A DNA stretch of 64,000 nt from a virus (lineage: Duplodnaviria; Heunggongvirae; Uroviricota; Caudoviricetes). The position numbers and the translations under genes were made by a program. The notes below the pieces were generated by a model. That model was not told the origin of the DNA. It did no database searches and saw only the letters and a list, made by a program, of their open reading frames with translations. The stretch is from the IMG/VR virus record IMGVR_UViG_3300027304_000003. The stretch is one strand, 5' to 3'. Shown one piece after another: positions 13,401 through 23,100 of this stretch (position 1 is the stretch's first letter; every line of letters begins with the position of its first letter).

Positions 13401-16400
13401 ATACAATGGATTAAACTCAACATCCTTACCATCTTTAGCTTTCTTTTGAACATCTTCTGACATCAATCTTAATGCTTCAAAGATACTCTTAGCTTCATCT
13501 GGTGTAAACTTTCTATTGTTTAACCACTGCAATGTGTCACCATATTGCAACATTGGTCTTCCTTTAGGGATATTATAGTTTTCTCCATTGTGAGAAATGA
13601 TTCCTGTTGTAGAAACTACAATTACATTAGCTTGATTCTTAATCTTCTTTTCAGGGATTAAGTTATCACCAACATGATTAGTTTCAGGCTTACCATCTAC
13701 AGGAGTTTCAACAGCCATACCTCTAGAGATAGAGAAGCTGTATAACTGTGGATTGTTAGGATCTGAAGCAAACACATCTGCCCTTGCTTTCTTCCAAGCC
13801 TCCATATATGCTTCTGCTTCTGCCTCCTCACCTTTTTTAAATCTAGGCACAGGATTGCCTTGAGCATCTTTGTAATTATAATACAATGATGCTGTAGGCA
13901 TATTAGCAAATACTAAACTATTAACATCTGCTTGTGTACCATCTACTTTAGATAAACGCTTACCATCTTTATCAACATAATAAAGAGTGCTACCCTCTTG
14001 TTCCACATAAACAGCAGTTACCAATCCATTATCTACATCAATAAGCTTTGCTTGCTCCTCAGGTGTAAACGTTTCTTGGCCATAAGCTACATTATCAAGA
14101 GTGGTTAATCCTAATCCTTTATATTGTTTAGGAGTGACAAGCATCACTTTGATGTTGTCTCTATTAGAGAAGTTCTTAATATTATTTAAGAACTGTCTTG
14201 TACGTATTTGATATGTCTTAGAAGGAGCAACACCATCATCCATTGAGTCTACAGTGGAGATAAAGAATATATCAACTCTCTTCTTCTTAGGTTCTTTTAC
14301 TTGCTGCTCTTTGCTTGGGTCATCAGTAGATACTGCTCCAGACTTTATTTCTATTCTAGTTTGAGCAGCTCCTAACTGATTAGCTATCTTCTGTAGTTTC
14401 TCTTGATCTGTTTGAACTCTACTGAAACCAGATAACTTTCTAGGATTAATATCATAGATGTCACCATTAACATCTTCTATCTTAATTGAACCATCTGGAT
14501 TAAGAGCCAAAACCTTAATCTTCTGTAAGTTATTAAACTCATCAGTTAGTTCATCAGATCTTTCTTGTGCTTTTTCTTTGCTAGGAAGTATCTCATATGT
14601 TCCATCAGGAGATACAACTTGCCATCTATCATCATCAAGTTTATTAATCTTTGTCTTATACACCTTACCCATCTCATACTCTCTATCCACCTCAAGATTC
14701 TCAGCTTGTTTATTAGCATTGTTGAATCTAAACTTTACAGGTTCTTTAGGTGTCTCTGGTGTAGGAGCAGTTTCTTCTTTCTTCTCTTCCTCATTTACAA
14801 CAGCATCTTTATCAGAAGCCATTTCTTCTGCCTCTTTGAAGTATTTCTCAAAGCCTTCTTTAGTAGACATCTCATCATAAGCCTTAGATGCATCCTTCTT
14901 TCTTTTTTCTAAAGCGTTGATATCTACACTATAATCCATTAATTCTTGAGCATGTAAAGAAGCTACAGATTTACCTAATGTAGCATCTTGACCATTCAAC
15001 TCAAAGTTTAATAAGCTATCAAATGTTTTATCATCTACCTTACCAGTATTAAGTGCTTGGGCAATTAGTTCAGATCTTGTACGTAATGCTTTGATCTGAT
15101 CATTTATTTTCTTCTTATCTACAGGTGTAGTGTAATCTGTAATAGTCTTCTTTAAAGATGTAGCTTTCTCTTCATAGAACTTAGCTAATTCTGCAAGACC
15201 TTGATTATTAGTAAGTTGTGATAATACGTCTGTAGTGATATTAGGATTAATCTTATTAACAGACTCTTGAATAGATTGAATTCTACTATCTGCAAGCGTT
15301 GGCATTGCAGCAAAATAGGTTAAGTCTTTCTTATACTTTTCAAATGTAATATAGTTGTTAGCCTCAACAATACTATCTATATTATCAGCATTATAGTTTA
15401 TCTTAAATGGATTCTTAAATGTAGTATTAACAGTTTCATATGTATCTTTAATATCATTTGATTTGGCAATCATACCATCTACATATTCACTTACAGTGGC
15501 TCTGTTTGTAGAATTGAAATCCAATTGGAACATACTTTCAAACTGTTCTTTGGATAGGTTTTTCAACATATTCAATTGCTCAACTGTTACATCATGCATT
15601 CCTGATGGAAGACGAGATGTTACAAAGTTGAAGAACTCATCAGCCTGTAAGTTTTTATATTTAAACACATCACCTGAAGCAGCAGCTTCTTCCATATCTT
15701 TTGCAATACCTGCAGAAGTTACAGTGTTATCATAGTTATTCTGTAATGTACTAGTAATACCCACTTGATTAAGTACATTAGTTGCTGTAGCTAATCTAGC
15801 ATCTTTACTTAATCCTCTCTTAGCATCAATACCACTTTGTACACCACCAACAACAAGACCTGTTAATCCACCAATCAACATGTTCTCAAGACCTTCTGTA
15901 CTAGTAAATTGTTCATTCAATCCATAGACAGTGGAATTGATTAATTCATTAACACCATTCCATTGTTCCTTATACTTATCACTCTTGTACTTTCTTGTGT
16001 AATAATCATATGTTCCTCTCTCAGCTGCAAACTGTCCACCTTCTTCAAACACACCCTCTCTAAATACATTAGCACCTGTTGGTCTAACACTTTCCCATAC
16101 CTTTCCTAAAACAGATGTAGCTGCCTTTTTTTCAAACACATCTAAGCTACCTTCTTTTAATCCTACTTTACCAAGTCCTTCTAACTCTTGTGTAAGTGAT
16201 CCAGATATAGCTCTGCTGCCTGGAACACCAACCATTGTTTTAAATAAGTTATTGAACTGTAATGAGTTGGATACAGTGAGTAATGCCATGTTAATACCAA
16301 ACCTGGTATTCATAGCATTTGTAGAAAGGTTTTCTATTTGTTGTAAATCATCTCCTGTAGGCTCTTCTCCTGCATGAGTGAGTTTGTATTGGTTAGTTAA

Positions 16401-17381
16401 TTCATCCTTAACCATACTATATCCATTCCTAGACTCAACACCAGCTTCTGTCATAGCAGAACCTAATATAGCTGTGGTAGTTCTAAATCCTTTTCCTAAT
16501 TTTGCAGCTGCTGCCAATTGAGCAAGTTCAGTTACTTTGAACATCTGAGCTTCTGTCTTACCAAGTCTTTCACCTAATTGTTCAAGTCTTCCTAATTGAG
16601 AAATTTGCGTTGCCCCTAATCCTCTACCTATAGCAGTCTCAGCACTAAATAATTTATTTAGATATAATGAAGCCTTACCAATTTGGTTAGCTAATAGTGG
16701 AATCTCACCTATACCTTCTGTTACAGCACCTATTGCAATATCTTGTACAACAGCACCACCAACAGCTCCTAACATAAATCCTAGGTTGGGAATAAACTTC
16801 TCACCCCACCAATATGCATTTCCTTTCATAAAGGGAATAGCAGATAAGAAAGGATTCTCTCTAACATACTTACTAGCATAGTTAGGAAGATCCTCATTTA
16901 TATTTTTTACCCAGTTATCAATAGACCCTTCATATCCATCTGGATCTCCTGATAACTCAGATAGATCTTTTGATCTTGCAGCATCTAATACATTAGGAAA
17001 GTTTGTTAAAGATTGAGCAAATGTTCCAGCTCCTATCAATCCCATCTTAGCAATACCATTACCTAATATCTTATACCAAGGTTGGCTCTCTGCATATACA
17101 TCTTCTAAATCAGGCATGTTCCTATCATAGATAGGATAGCGTCTATTTGCATATATTTCAGCAGCAGAAATAGAACCAAAAGATTTACCAAATCCTTTTG
17201 GAGCCACATCTGGTAAGTTTATTATTTCATCAATACTTAATCCACGTTGTTTTTCAGGGCCATATAAAGCTCCTCCAATAGATAAATCTACTGGTTTTGC
17301 AGAACCTAAAACAGATTTAGGTGCACCTAATTCACTTAAGTAATCAGTATCTTGTATAGGTTCTTGCTCAGACATTGCCAT
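4461..17381 (-). CDS. Giant 4306-aa virion protein. It has an RNAP beta-prime-like DxDxD motif (DFDID, nt about 7651-7665) and an HExxH zincin motif (HEIFH, nt about 11700-11715). Candidate crAss-like virion RNA polymerase/ejected multidomain protein.
   Basis: One uninterrupted 12.9-kb ORF. The motifs AGSDFDIDKL and EYHEIFHGIFGG are read directly. It lies at the distal end of the structural operon, where crAss-like phages place their giant RNAP-containing proteins. Confidence 0.85.
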   Translation of the reverse strand: MAMSEQEPIQDTDYLSELGAPKSVLGSAKPVDLSIGGALYGPEKQRGLSIDEIINLPDVAPKGFGKSFGSISAAEIYANRRYPIYDRNMPDLEDVYAESQPWYKILGNGIAKMGLIGAGTFAQSLTNFPNVLDAARSKDLSELSGDPDGYEGSIDNWVKNINEDLPNYASKYVRENPFLSAIPFMKGNAYWWGEKFIPNLGFMLGAVGGAVVQDIAIGAVTEGIGEIPLLANQIGKASLYLNKLFSAETAIGRGLGATQISQLGRLEQLGERLGKTEAQMFKVTELAQLAAAAKLGKGFRTTTAILGSAMTEAGVESRNGYSMVKDELTNQYKLTHAGEEPTGDDLQQIENLSTNAMNTRFGINMALLTVSNSLQFNNLFKTMVGVPGSRAISGSLTQELEGLGKVGLKEGSLDVFEKKAATSVLGKVWESVRPTGANVFREGVFEEGGQFAAERGTYDYYTRKYKSDKYKEQWNGVNELINSTVYGLNEQFTSTEGLENMLIGGLTGLVVGGVQSGIDAKRGLSKDARLATATNVLNQVGITSTLQNNYDNTVTSAGIAKDMEEAAASGDVFKYKNLQADEFFNFVTSRLPSGMHDVTVEQLNMLKNLSKEQFESMFQLDFNSTNRATVSEYVDGMIAKSNDIKDTYETVNTTFKNPFKINYNADNIDSIVEANNYITFEKYKKDLTYFAAMPTLADSRIQSIQESVNKINPNITTDVLSQLTNNQGLAELAKFYEEKATSLKKTITDYTTPVDKKKINDQIKALRTRSELIAQALNTGKVDDKTFDSLLNFELNGQDATLGKSVASLHAQELMDYSVDINALEKRKKDASKAYDEMSTKEGFEKYFKEAEEMASDKDAVVNEEEKKEETAPTPETPKEPVKFRFNNANKQAENLEVDREYEMGKVYKTKINKLDDDRWQVVSPDGTYEILPSKEKAQERSDELTDEFNNLQKIKVLALNPDGSIKIEDVNGDIYDINPRKLSGFSRVQTDQEKLQKIANQLGAAQTRIEIKSGAVSTDDPSKEQQVKEPKKKRVDIFFISTVDSMDDGVAPSKTYQIRTRQFLNNIKNFSNRDNIKVMLVTPKQYKGLGLTTLDNVAYGQETFTPEEQAKLIDVDNGLVTAVYVEQEGSTLYYVDKDGKRLSKVDGTQADVNSLVFANMPTASLYYNYKDAQGNPVPRFKKGEEAEAEAYMEAWKKARADVFASDPNNPQLYSFSISRGMAVETPVDGKPETNHVGDNLIPEKKIKNQANVIVVSTTGIISHNGENYNIPKGRPMLQYGDTLQWLNNRKFTPDEAKSIFEALRLMSEDVQKKAKDGKDVEFNPLYANFLQNVLFWKKGADTKNNQMYIDDRTMDLYLGGKKYNFANLAISEKEIVSQLQNTFNTVNNDSVKKNDEEFTELYFEDKYLKDRQWPNYQSYLLSSKLPNGKGRSIKDTPLSTSVTKPSDRVPYNYRQKYVTLGGLELAVQKITKPVAPVAKGGATEIGGYKMDGTTTHTRELKALGNVTFTARLNSNGVPAVTVDTIENLESIVADPAKTAPYFDFLKNNKDASGKSLFDATRSEQELMYDFASIAIANQLNKMKNAETAPAAQPAPVVSNEKGFQGYKGGFENTGKGTVQGDGKDKAMRKVADGFIGESVSTNNKSFVTSTQRIENLKPLSSTDTSYKEIADKTGTNYEGLDNNPSLQSGNDDGIIMLARNSKFSGKGLQKSTKDAILKAKNNGAEFVVGDMPGVDIQFIDYLQEIGAKFTIYHTGATSRTTIVGLVDDIAPAPTVQENVEKLEQLEDTVDDAEEKALEDEINKQIAEKVNALGKTKAPKKRYREIAGLDVPRMTDAELQLFKEWHAKNAAGIPFEVLQRVMTTNDGRQAWGAFENGVAKFYKSAARGTEYHEIFHGIFGGFLSAEERQLIFDEFKSKSGKFKDRATGSMIYYEEATDQQAEERIADDFADFRLGKLPAKSIGERILKFFRSIIQFVREFVNKPSKKDELFKTIEAGRFKDTKLNPAVYNQLTQWSVIPGLDEPTTHESVQDVAARFFFEVFSKNMDLYNPKLLTSPEIFDTIKEEFAEEGKLDVLGEEGWSQLVKKSREFLRTFKIQFDENNVIVFNNDDNTNRDYAPEPFSVDWKKQSSFPIKITVGSLVLTVPTNQENALRLQMPDEVISGSAKGFMLLNFSRAFATILNKISNTSSIGKVVDKLLTLAKQDSNYVRLWSKLGGTIDKLGSENKETAIDYSKFQAHDWRLFINFYQTFTKQHPNARIQYVSDDEVYTGSAELSDAIDDVVEGWIEGIKALSKDSKSLIVLDKPNKVYKVGDLSNIEIKNPEQMVDFLSKIGVIFPIDVYNKLTTREKNVFGRAIGGLLTSLRSKSDILSSVTSKLLDIKGPLNAMGEMLVRVTNPNFDPTHINVEGERTNGYAENNNSSVFENEWREAGTLENLKQARPELNDPFSTNSLILKKDGLYIDEDGNIKRDLKVGYIQGTKDVDTDDGTSTSKLTLGNRYTQEINENVNGRFYILLPAESSTEWQMDLGINVPFKQFGTKIGWDTTYKIFQGYLKDDIALAKDADVRKKLKNIGNRAYDLRFFKDILSEDMLAKINTELVMKSASDEEVIAFIAENEEEINGSIKSYFDEYINDTIATLKEYGQVVPSANGKALAYPMLNSVFAKISGINRYNLTDEKLRNLIEYVNINYVISNIEFHKILFGDPYQFALKEGESEETKRIKSFLSPRRTTFDMPEYNEFLNNEFNKAGEIELTPDDLGYHKHKSHTNTVTIKEIYVEGGLMGRTKEADAQSWIMDTTNREVKLKNAQWTDEAEIFHQWQMAYTRNRMAAKGKYTYTNDTLKKQDAALIETPVPKYGVEVLKPIVTGNKLGKTYFELVLDKFSQLPLYYQAIEGTTLEGLYIKMWEEKIGYAILESGRKMGTTEAFDLYKDGKLNPEPFNNLVQVPWKAYGIQVETNYDVVKAQTRGSQPTKLVTVDLFDNGVPVSQRAKEATDRNNNILDLMHENAYNVLLERLGIEDLGTEFILANKQAVSNTLVYEMLRRELDENAKDTVQLDSKGEFPIPFEASPSYKQIKDILYSVVQKTMVSPKVNGGPKVQVSVTGWENLEKGRRLAIKTEDGYKEISREDYDKLSDEEKKKVVLTDDTLKFYTKDDPYMEIMLPHWFGDTLRKTTKYTTDEEIINYLNITEEGKSILRGIGFRVPAQELSSLVTFRVKKFLPQFMGESVVVPSEITTLAGSDFDIDKLNTYLKSIYIDVNGNIRLVKWLGSEEATKDFFRGVYKDTIQRDIDKIEEFEEFRSKLVDVLSKLERIEGAASPESLESALTPSELDFFYDRLSIFKAITDQAAQKDITAVDYMNKQIEDLSINKEKLTKDILSNSLREDYVKDMYKRSLENEYYDSMEELLTLPENFERLISPVNDAGLEKLSVRIGKLVNPKGDQVKNKILNRNFMTKLRHYFVTAKRWIGIAATNITSHSLFQKGQIYLNPERFFMLPQQDRKFIGDGSIILPHNKVKIGDKEYASLSGTKTADGKKQYISSRLSGYGTSFVDVANKPYIVELVTSDLSVGTFMFLERIGAGEYTGIFMSQPIIREYLKQLDSQNKKGLFSKFDIDSIKSNFVTTNKAIETARIDISNLEANIADYYAGNELGIERNAEQHAILNEFLKYAKLAEYNFDLTQAINYDTTRYRSGDTLFKKQVRTDITIARSPFSGIAELLDPENPKIFIAKQRHYLDLSMEGMGVILKLEQDQFRINVIDPLLKPYARNKYVGADDFERIANKLKASFLDYIIQTKTGFNSEINKLFVNPKTSVSAQLEEAKKISSNPILNDFKVISSPRPDGVMSVKLTVNIKGSAYDKNLYIGYMRQLRDTPSTNALYKDLVKMALLQGTYENGVSIASIIPIEDSSKYVAPIMAPLMYDESLDAFADGGFQRNNWKDNKVFKKFEPKFWLADEAPVDVQVNDFGDIIGDIYQYQSSDYFPNIDKFGLSTDRRILALSEEYDSFYLSNDYLLVPRVVQIKGGERVDMKTGLSITNYSYVERKNQGDMSLKNVYGYKKVYYDDGTPVTYQTTTYKGEVINKHVYKLINLRGDGRLVSEYYTDSRKSVLNNGTEKIENEISDDEIRIYFNELGEQNFVSSQSTEPYIQIPDYVTDEKLKNADGTKRFAQASKLGTITINPPKSVDEFFNYFEGKEGGPTSEQKAKVLNKLADKGYTIDVLKTILNSVDKITNFLVLHEKNHVENNDIDVYWKNGKDLLTDDKVDIETRATIAALDKLGGIPSVIDIEFEDVNTDDTEGSDNPTPCGTKQ

Positions 17382-17382
17382 A

Positions 17383-20091
17383 TTATTTCCAAGTTTTTTG
17401 TGCTTCTGTTATATTATCCTTATTCCAAAGACTCATTATTTGTAACATCTTTCCTTCTCCCTGATATCCATCACTTAATTCTTTTCTTTTCCAACCATCT
17501 GTTTTAGGATCTTTTACATATCCAACAAATAAAAATTGATCTGTCTCTGATCTTCCTGTATTGTTTGGACTTCCAATAATATCATATCTAAATAAAGGAG
17601 CATCTTTAGCTTTTTCTAATTGAGGAAGATCATATCCTGAATATCTAGCATTCACTGCATTAGTAGGATTGTCATCTGTTGCACCTGCTAAGTTTGTTGT
17701 CTTAGTAGGAGATGTATATATTAAATCTCTTATTTGATTAAATGGACTCACTTGTGTTGCTTGTGGAAAGTAGTTACGTAAATCTTCAGGAAGTACAGGA
17801 ATTATTTCTACAGTAGTTCCTTGTGATACTATTATTTGTGCAGTGCCATCTCTAAACTTTTCAAGTTCCCAACCAACTTTTGCACCTCCTTCAGCACCAC
17901 TTTTACGAGTGTTCCATAGCTTAGCTATATTATCAGCATTCCAATTTGGTTTTTGTTCAAGAGCATTATATCTACCTACAGCTTTGGTCAAGAATTTATC
18001 AATGGCTAATTCATCACCTTTTACAAGGTCAGGAGTTAAAGTTGCCTTTTGTGAAACAGTACTTGGACTTATACCTACCAAAGCTTCAGATTCATACTTA
18101 GGTATATTTCCTGTTTCACGTTTAACTATATCTGATGCTGTATTAAATTTATTTAAAGCATCTGTTTCACTAGCAGTTAAAGCTTTTCCTGTTTGTCTTT
18201 TTAAAAGAGGAGCTATTATTGAATAGTATTTACCACCTTGATAATTTGAAAAGAAATCATTTGCTCCTTTCACATCAAAAGTAGCAGGAATGCCAGGACG
18301 ACCTGGTACACCATACTCTGATGTAGCAGCTGATGTATAACTTGGAACACCTTCTCTTTTATATTCAGCCATTCTAACAGCAACATCTGCTAGTTCTTTT
18401 GATGTAAACGTTTTTCCATTAATTACAACATCATTAGTACCAAGAGCATTTGCTGTTTTATCAATAGCTTTATCTAATCCTTTCTTCTCTGCATAGCTTA
18501 TTGCATTTATTTTTGACTGAGCTGCATTATCTAATGCTTCAGCTTCTCTTATATATGCTTTTTGATTAGCAGTAAGATTCATTTGAGGATTCTTCTTATA
18601 GTTATTTAATAATCCCCCAAGAGCAGTTGTATATTGATTAGCCTGTTTTAAATCAGGAAATATATATTTAGCCCATTTGCTATCTAATGTAGCCTTCTGT
18701 GATAATATATCTACTAAATCTTTTCTTTCGCTTCCCACTGTAGGGATGGCTTTACCTGTACCAATTGTTCCCTCAGTTACATCTAGTAAATTAGTAGGTG
18801 CAAGCTCTTGTGCTTTTACTAATTTTTCCCATGCAAGTCTATTTTGAGCATTTGTAATACTAGCCCATCCTCTTCTACTTTCATCTTGAAACTGAAGTTG
18901 ATCTAATTGAAACTTTTGTTTAGCTAACAGTGCTTGAGATGCAGGGTTAGCTACCCTTTCTTCTTCATATGTTTTGAAAGATAACTCTTTAGCAAGACGA
19001 CTGAAATGGTTATCTACATAAACATCATATTTAACTGTATCTAATCCTTGCTCATTAATCTTTTTATCAAGAGTAGAAAGTTCTTCATTCATTTTTTTAT
19101 CAAGAACTCCACCATCATACATGTCTGTCAAGTTCTTAAGAATTGCATTTCCTTGAGACTTTTGTGCACTTGTTAATTTAGGATTTTGTAACTCAACAGC
19201 TAAATTAGTAATCTGTTCATTTAGCATATCCTTTTTTAACTTATATGTATCTAGTATAGAATCTTGAAAAGTTTTAGTGTTTGCTCCTTTAAACTTAGCC
19301 CAACTAGTAATCTTTAACTGTTCTACATCATCACTAGTTAAGTTATCAGTAAAGGTATCATATATCTGTTGAGCAGGTGTTCCTTTTACTTTGATCTTAA
19401 GCATATCAAGATCAAGTTGTTTCTCTCCTCCTTGTGAAGGATCTATAGAACTTATTGTAACTTTCTTCTTTGTTGTAGGATCTATAACAGTTTTAAAGTA
19501 AAGTGTTTCTCCTTTATCATTTCTTACAAAAGGATTATCAACACTTGTTGATGAAGGGTTCTTCTTAAGTTCTTCTGCTAATCCTCTAAGCTTCTTATCT
19601 ACATCTGTATAGGGTGTATATCTTCCTTGGAAGGGAGTTTTTAAATCTGGATTAGTCATCCAGTTATTTACATTAGATTCATAAAAATCTTCATTGTCTT
19701 TACCTGACTTACCTGCCTTTCTAGCAGCTTCTATTTCTGAATACCCTTTCTTAATAACACTTGTGGAATATACAGCATTTTGAACTATAGGATCTTTAGC
19801 CACCTGACCTGTCATACCAGCAACAGAATTAACTAATTGTTGATTAGAGAAATCACCAGCAGCTACAGTCTTTAATCTGTTACCAAGCTCATTCATCTTT
19901 GATTCAAGATACTGCTTATGTTGAGGCTTAGCTATTTCTAGACCAGATACTCTATCAATATAGCTCTGAACTTTTCGTACACCTTGGTCATATTGGGCCT
20001 GTTTGGCCATACCAACCTGGGCCATGGCCTCAACTGGGAGTTCCTGGATGTAGGGGTTAAACTGTGATATTTGATCTGTAAACGATGCCAT
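17383..20091 (-). CDS. 902-aa virion (cargo/internal) protein, function unknown.
   Basis: Long ORF 1 nt upstream of the giant gene; no recognisable catalytic motif. Confidence 0.8.
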   Translation of the reverse strand: MASFTDQISQFNPYIQELPVEAMAQVGMAKQAQYDQGVRKVQSYIDRVSGLEIAKPQHKQYLESKMNELGNRLKTVAAGDFSNQQLVNSVAGMTGQVAKDPIVQNAVYSTSVIKKGYSEIEAARKAGKSGKDNEDFYESNVNNWMTNPDLKTPFQGRYTPYTDVDKKLRGLAEELKKNPSSTSVDNPFVRNDKGETLYFKTVIDPTTKKKVTISSIDPSQGGEKQLDLDMLKIKVKGTPAQQIYDTFTDNLTSDDVEQLKITSWAKFKGANTKTFQDSILDTYKLKKDMLNEQITNLAVELQNPKLTSAQKSQGNAILKNLTDMYDGGVLDKKMNEELSTLDKKINEQGLDTVKYDVYVDNHFSRLAKELSFKTYEEERVANPASQALLAKQKFQLDQLQFQDESRRGWASITNAQNRLAWEKLVKAQELAPTNLLDVTEGTIGTGKAIPTVGSERKDLVDILSQKATLDSKWAKYIFPDLKQANQYTTALGGLLNNYKKNPQMNLTANQKAYIREAEALDNAAQSKINAISYAEKKGLDKAIDKTANALGTNDVVINGKTFTSKELADVAVRMAEYKREGVPSYTSAATSEYGVPGRPGIPATFDVKGANDFFSNYQGGKYYSIIAPLLKRQTGKALTASETDALNKFNTASDIVKRETGNIPKYESEALVGISPSTVSQKATLTPDLVKGDELAIDKFLTKAVGRYNALEQKPNWNADNIAKLWNTRKSGAEGGAKVGWELEKFRDGTAQIIVSQGTTVEIIPVLPEDLRNYFPQATQVSPFNQIRDLIYTSPTKTTNLAGATDDNPTNAVNARYSGYDLPQLEKAKDAPLFRYDIIGSPNNTGRSETDQFLFVGYVKDPKTDGWKRKELSDGYQGEGKMLQIMSLWNKDNITEAQKTWK

Positions 20092-20177
20092 AATAATAAT
20101 GTTAGCAAATGTAATTTAAAAATTTGGATCTACCAAGAGCGATAATGATTTTTGTTAAATTGCTCTAACTGAAATAG

Positions 20178-23100
20178 TTAGAGACTCTTTAATGCTTTTA
20201 CGATAGAGCTATTCCTAGCTTTTGTCTTTGGTGTCTTCCCACCCTTCTTTTGATTATCAAAAGCACCATCTAATTCTGACATAGAAGGACCACCAGCTGC
20301 CATCTCGTCCTTAGTTAATGTTCTAATTCCAACAGGTTCTCCTGTTACAGAGTCTATTGTAAATCTTTTGTTAGCTGGTAAACCTGCAGCTGAAAGACCA
20401 CCCCTTCTTGAACCAGCACCTGATAGATCAAATTGAGCAGGAGCATTCATATTAATAGCTCTGCCACTTGGGGAGAATCTGAATCCATACATGTTCTCCA
20501 TAATAGCTAGCTTTCTATTAGAAGCTCTTTGTTTTGTAACCTTATCACCTATAGATTTAAGAGCTTCAATAGTTTGAGCTTTGGTATTAGACTTAGCTTG
20601 AGACTGTCTAACGTATTGTTGATCATTGATTGCCAAGTTTTTAAGCTTAGCATCATTTATAATAGCTCTGTTCTTATCATATACTCCCATTTTATTTGCC
20701 TGATTAACTCTATTTGATTCTCCAAATAACTTGTTCTTAGCTTCTATTGTTTGAGCCATAACTGCTGCTTGGGCAGCAGGATTATTACCAGCAGCTCTAA
20801 GAAAAGCTCTAGATTGAGAATCAATAGCATTAATTTGGTCATTGAAAGAAATGTCATATGGAGTATCCAACATTGGTTGAAACTGTTGAGCTTGTACAGG
20901 TTCTAACTGATTGTTAGCCAACGCATAGTACTCACCCATCAATTGATCAGGGTTTAAGTCTTCATTAGCATTAGAAGGTCTTAACCAAGGTTCTGCATAA
21001 GACAATGCTACTTTACCTATATCTCCTAATTTTTTCCAATCAATTGGTTTACGTTGCTTTTTATCTTTAGTATTAGTTTCAGCTTCCGCTTTGGTAAAAG
21101 GTCCAGGTAAGTCTGGCCATTCTAACAAGCTATAATCTATCTTTGGTTTCTTAGAAGAACTAACTACAGCTTCTGGTAAATCTGTTGCACCAAGTCCCAT
21201 GAATCCTGGTTTACTCATTCCTCTTTTCATCATCTCACGATCTGCATTATTTAATGAATAGTAATTTTTAAGAATCTCCATACGTTCAGGATAGTTAGGA
21301 TCAAGCAATGCTTCATCATCAAGACCTTTAAGAGTTTCAATTCCTTCTTGAGCTTTCTTCATTTTCTTACCATTCTTTCCCATCATGCTTATATCTGTTT
21401 CTTTCTCTAACTTACCTTCAGCTAGCTTGTCACTTTTAACACCTAACTCATTAGCTGTTTTGTGAATAGAGTCTTGTACTAACCCTGCTTCTTTAATTTT
21501 GTCAGCATTAATCTTTTGTTGTGCTTTTGCACCCATAAGATTAGCCATACCAGAATTCATACCTAATTTATCATATGAACTATTTCCATCATACTCTTCA
21601 ATTAAGTCAAGTCCTTTTTGAATAGTCTTTAATTGCTTTGCATCATTCTTAGCTACGTCAGCTATGTATGTTTTAAACTTCTTACCCTTTGCTTTTGGAT
21701 CTCCCATAAGGTCTGCTATTTCTTTATTAATTTTAATGTTACCAAACACAACAAGGTTCTCTTTAGATCCACCACCTTCTAGGTTATTGCCATCTTCTGA
21801 GCCATTGTCTTCTAGAACAGTAAATGGTTCACCACCTTCTACCTCTACACCATTCTCACCATACTGAGTTTGTATGCCACCATTGTCATGAGATGCTCCT
21901 CTGAACATTCCTATCTCACCACTAGGTAAGTTAGGATTGTATGATAAGGTCTCAGCATATCCACCTTCTCCTATTTGTAACTCTCCACCTAGTGCCATCT
22001 TTGAACCATTTTGAGCTTGAGGCATATCTGGTCTACCAGTGTATAATGCTTCTGCACTAGGAGCTGTATACCCCACTTGTGCAATGTGTCCACCAGCTCT
22101 TAACATGTCTGCATCATGTGGAGGTTTCAAAAGATCTTTAGCACTATACTCACCAAACTTAGTGAATGTCTGTGGCTGCCAATCATGACTAATCCATCCA
22201 CCATTCTTTACATTTGCATTAAGAGGACCTTGAGATCTGTTCTCCATGAACCCCATCATACTTGTACTCATTGCAGTCTTGTCTTTTTGTTTTTGTAATT
22301 CTCTAGCTTGTTTAGCACCACCTGCTAAATTACCAAAGAATGTACCAGCTAATCCACCAACTGCACCACCCAATGGTCCAAATAAAGCAGTACCAGCTGC
22401 TGTACCTACAGCACTACCAATTTGTGCTTGACCAGAATCTTGGAAGTATTCTCCAAACTCTGCTTTAGGTATATCACCACCACGTCTGTATTGTTTGTAT
22501 GTTTCTTCTAATGGTTCAAATCCAAGATCATTGTACATATCACCAGGATTGTACATGTTCTGAATCTCTGTAGGATTGCCACCAATCATTGTACCATTCT
22601 GAGCTTGTAAATAGTTTGTTTTATTACCATAAGGATTACCTAATTGTCCTGGTTGCACTTTATCATCTTCTGGTCTTACATATTGATTCTTAGGTCTTTC
22701 ATTAGTTTGTTGAGCTGTCAAAGCAAGTCCTGATAATTGAGTAGCTTGTTCTGCTTTCTTCTTAGCTTTCTTTTGTGCACCAATTGCTTCGATACCTCCT
22801 ATTATTGCTGGCAATGCTCCTAGAGCTGCCATACCTGCACCAGCAGCATCAAACCCACCAGCTTTAGCACCTGAATTAATTGCATTCTTACCTAACAACT
22901 GATCAGCAGAAGGAGTGGCAAACTGAGCTGACATATCAGATCCCATCTGTTGTCCACTCATCTTAGCCATAGATGCATTATTAAAAGCATCTCCCACTTG
23001 CTTCATACTACCATCTGGATTCATCCCAGCTTGATTTGTTCCTTGAAGATAATTATTAAAGTTTTGTGGTTTCTTTTTCATTCCTATTCCATACTGAGCA

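Noticed and set aside
5473-17381. Many plus-strand ORFs inside the 4306-aa gene (e.g. 5473-5943, 6463-6852, 9316-9651, 14458-14912).
   Set aside because: They are antisense shadows of the giant minus-strand ORF, with no independent start context or conservation signal.
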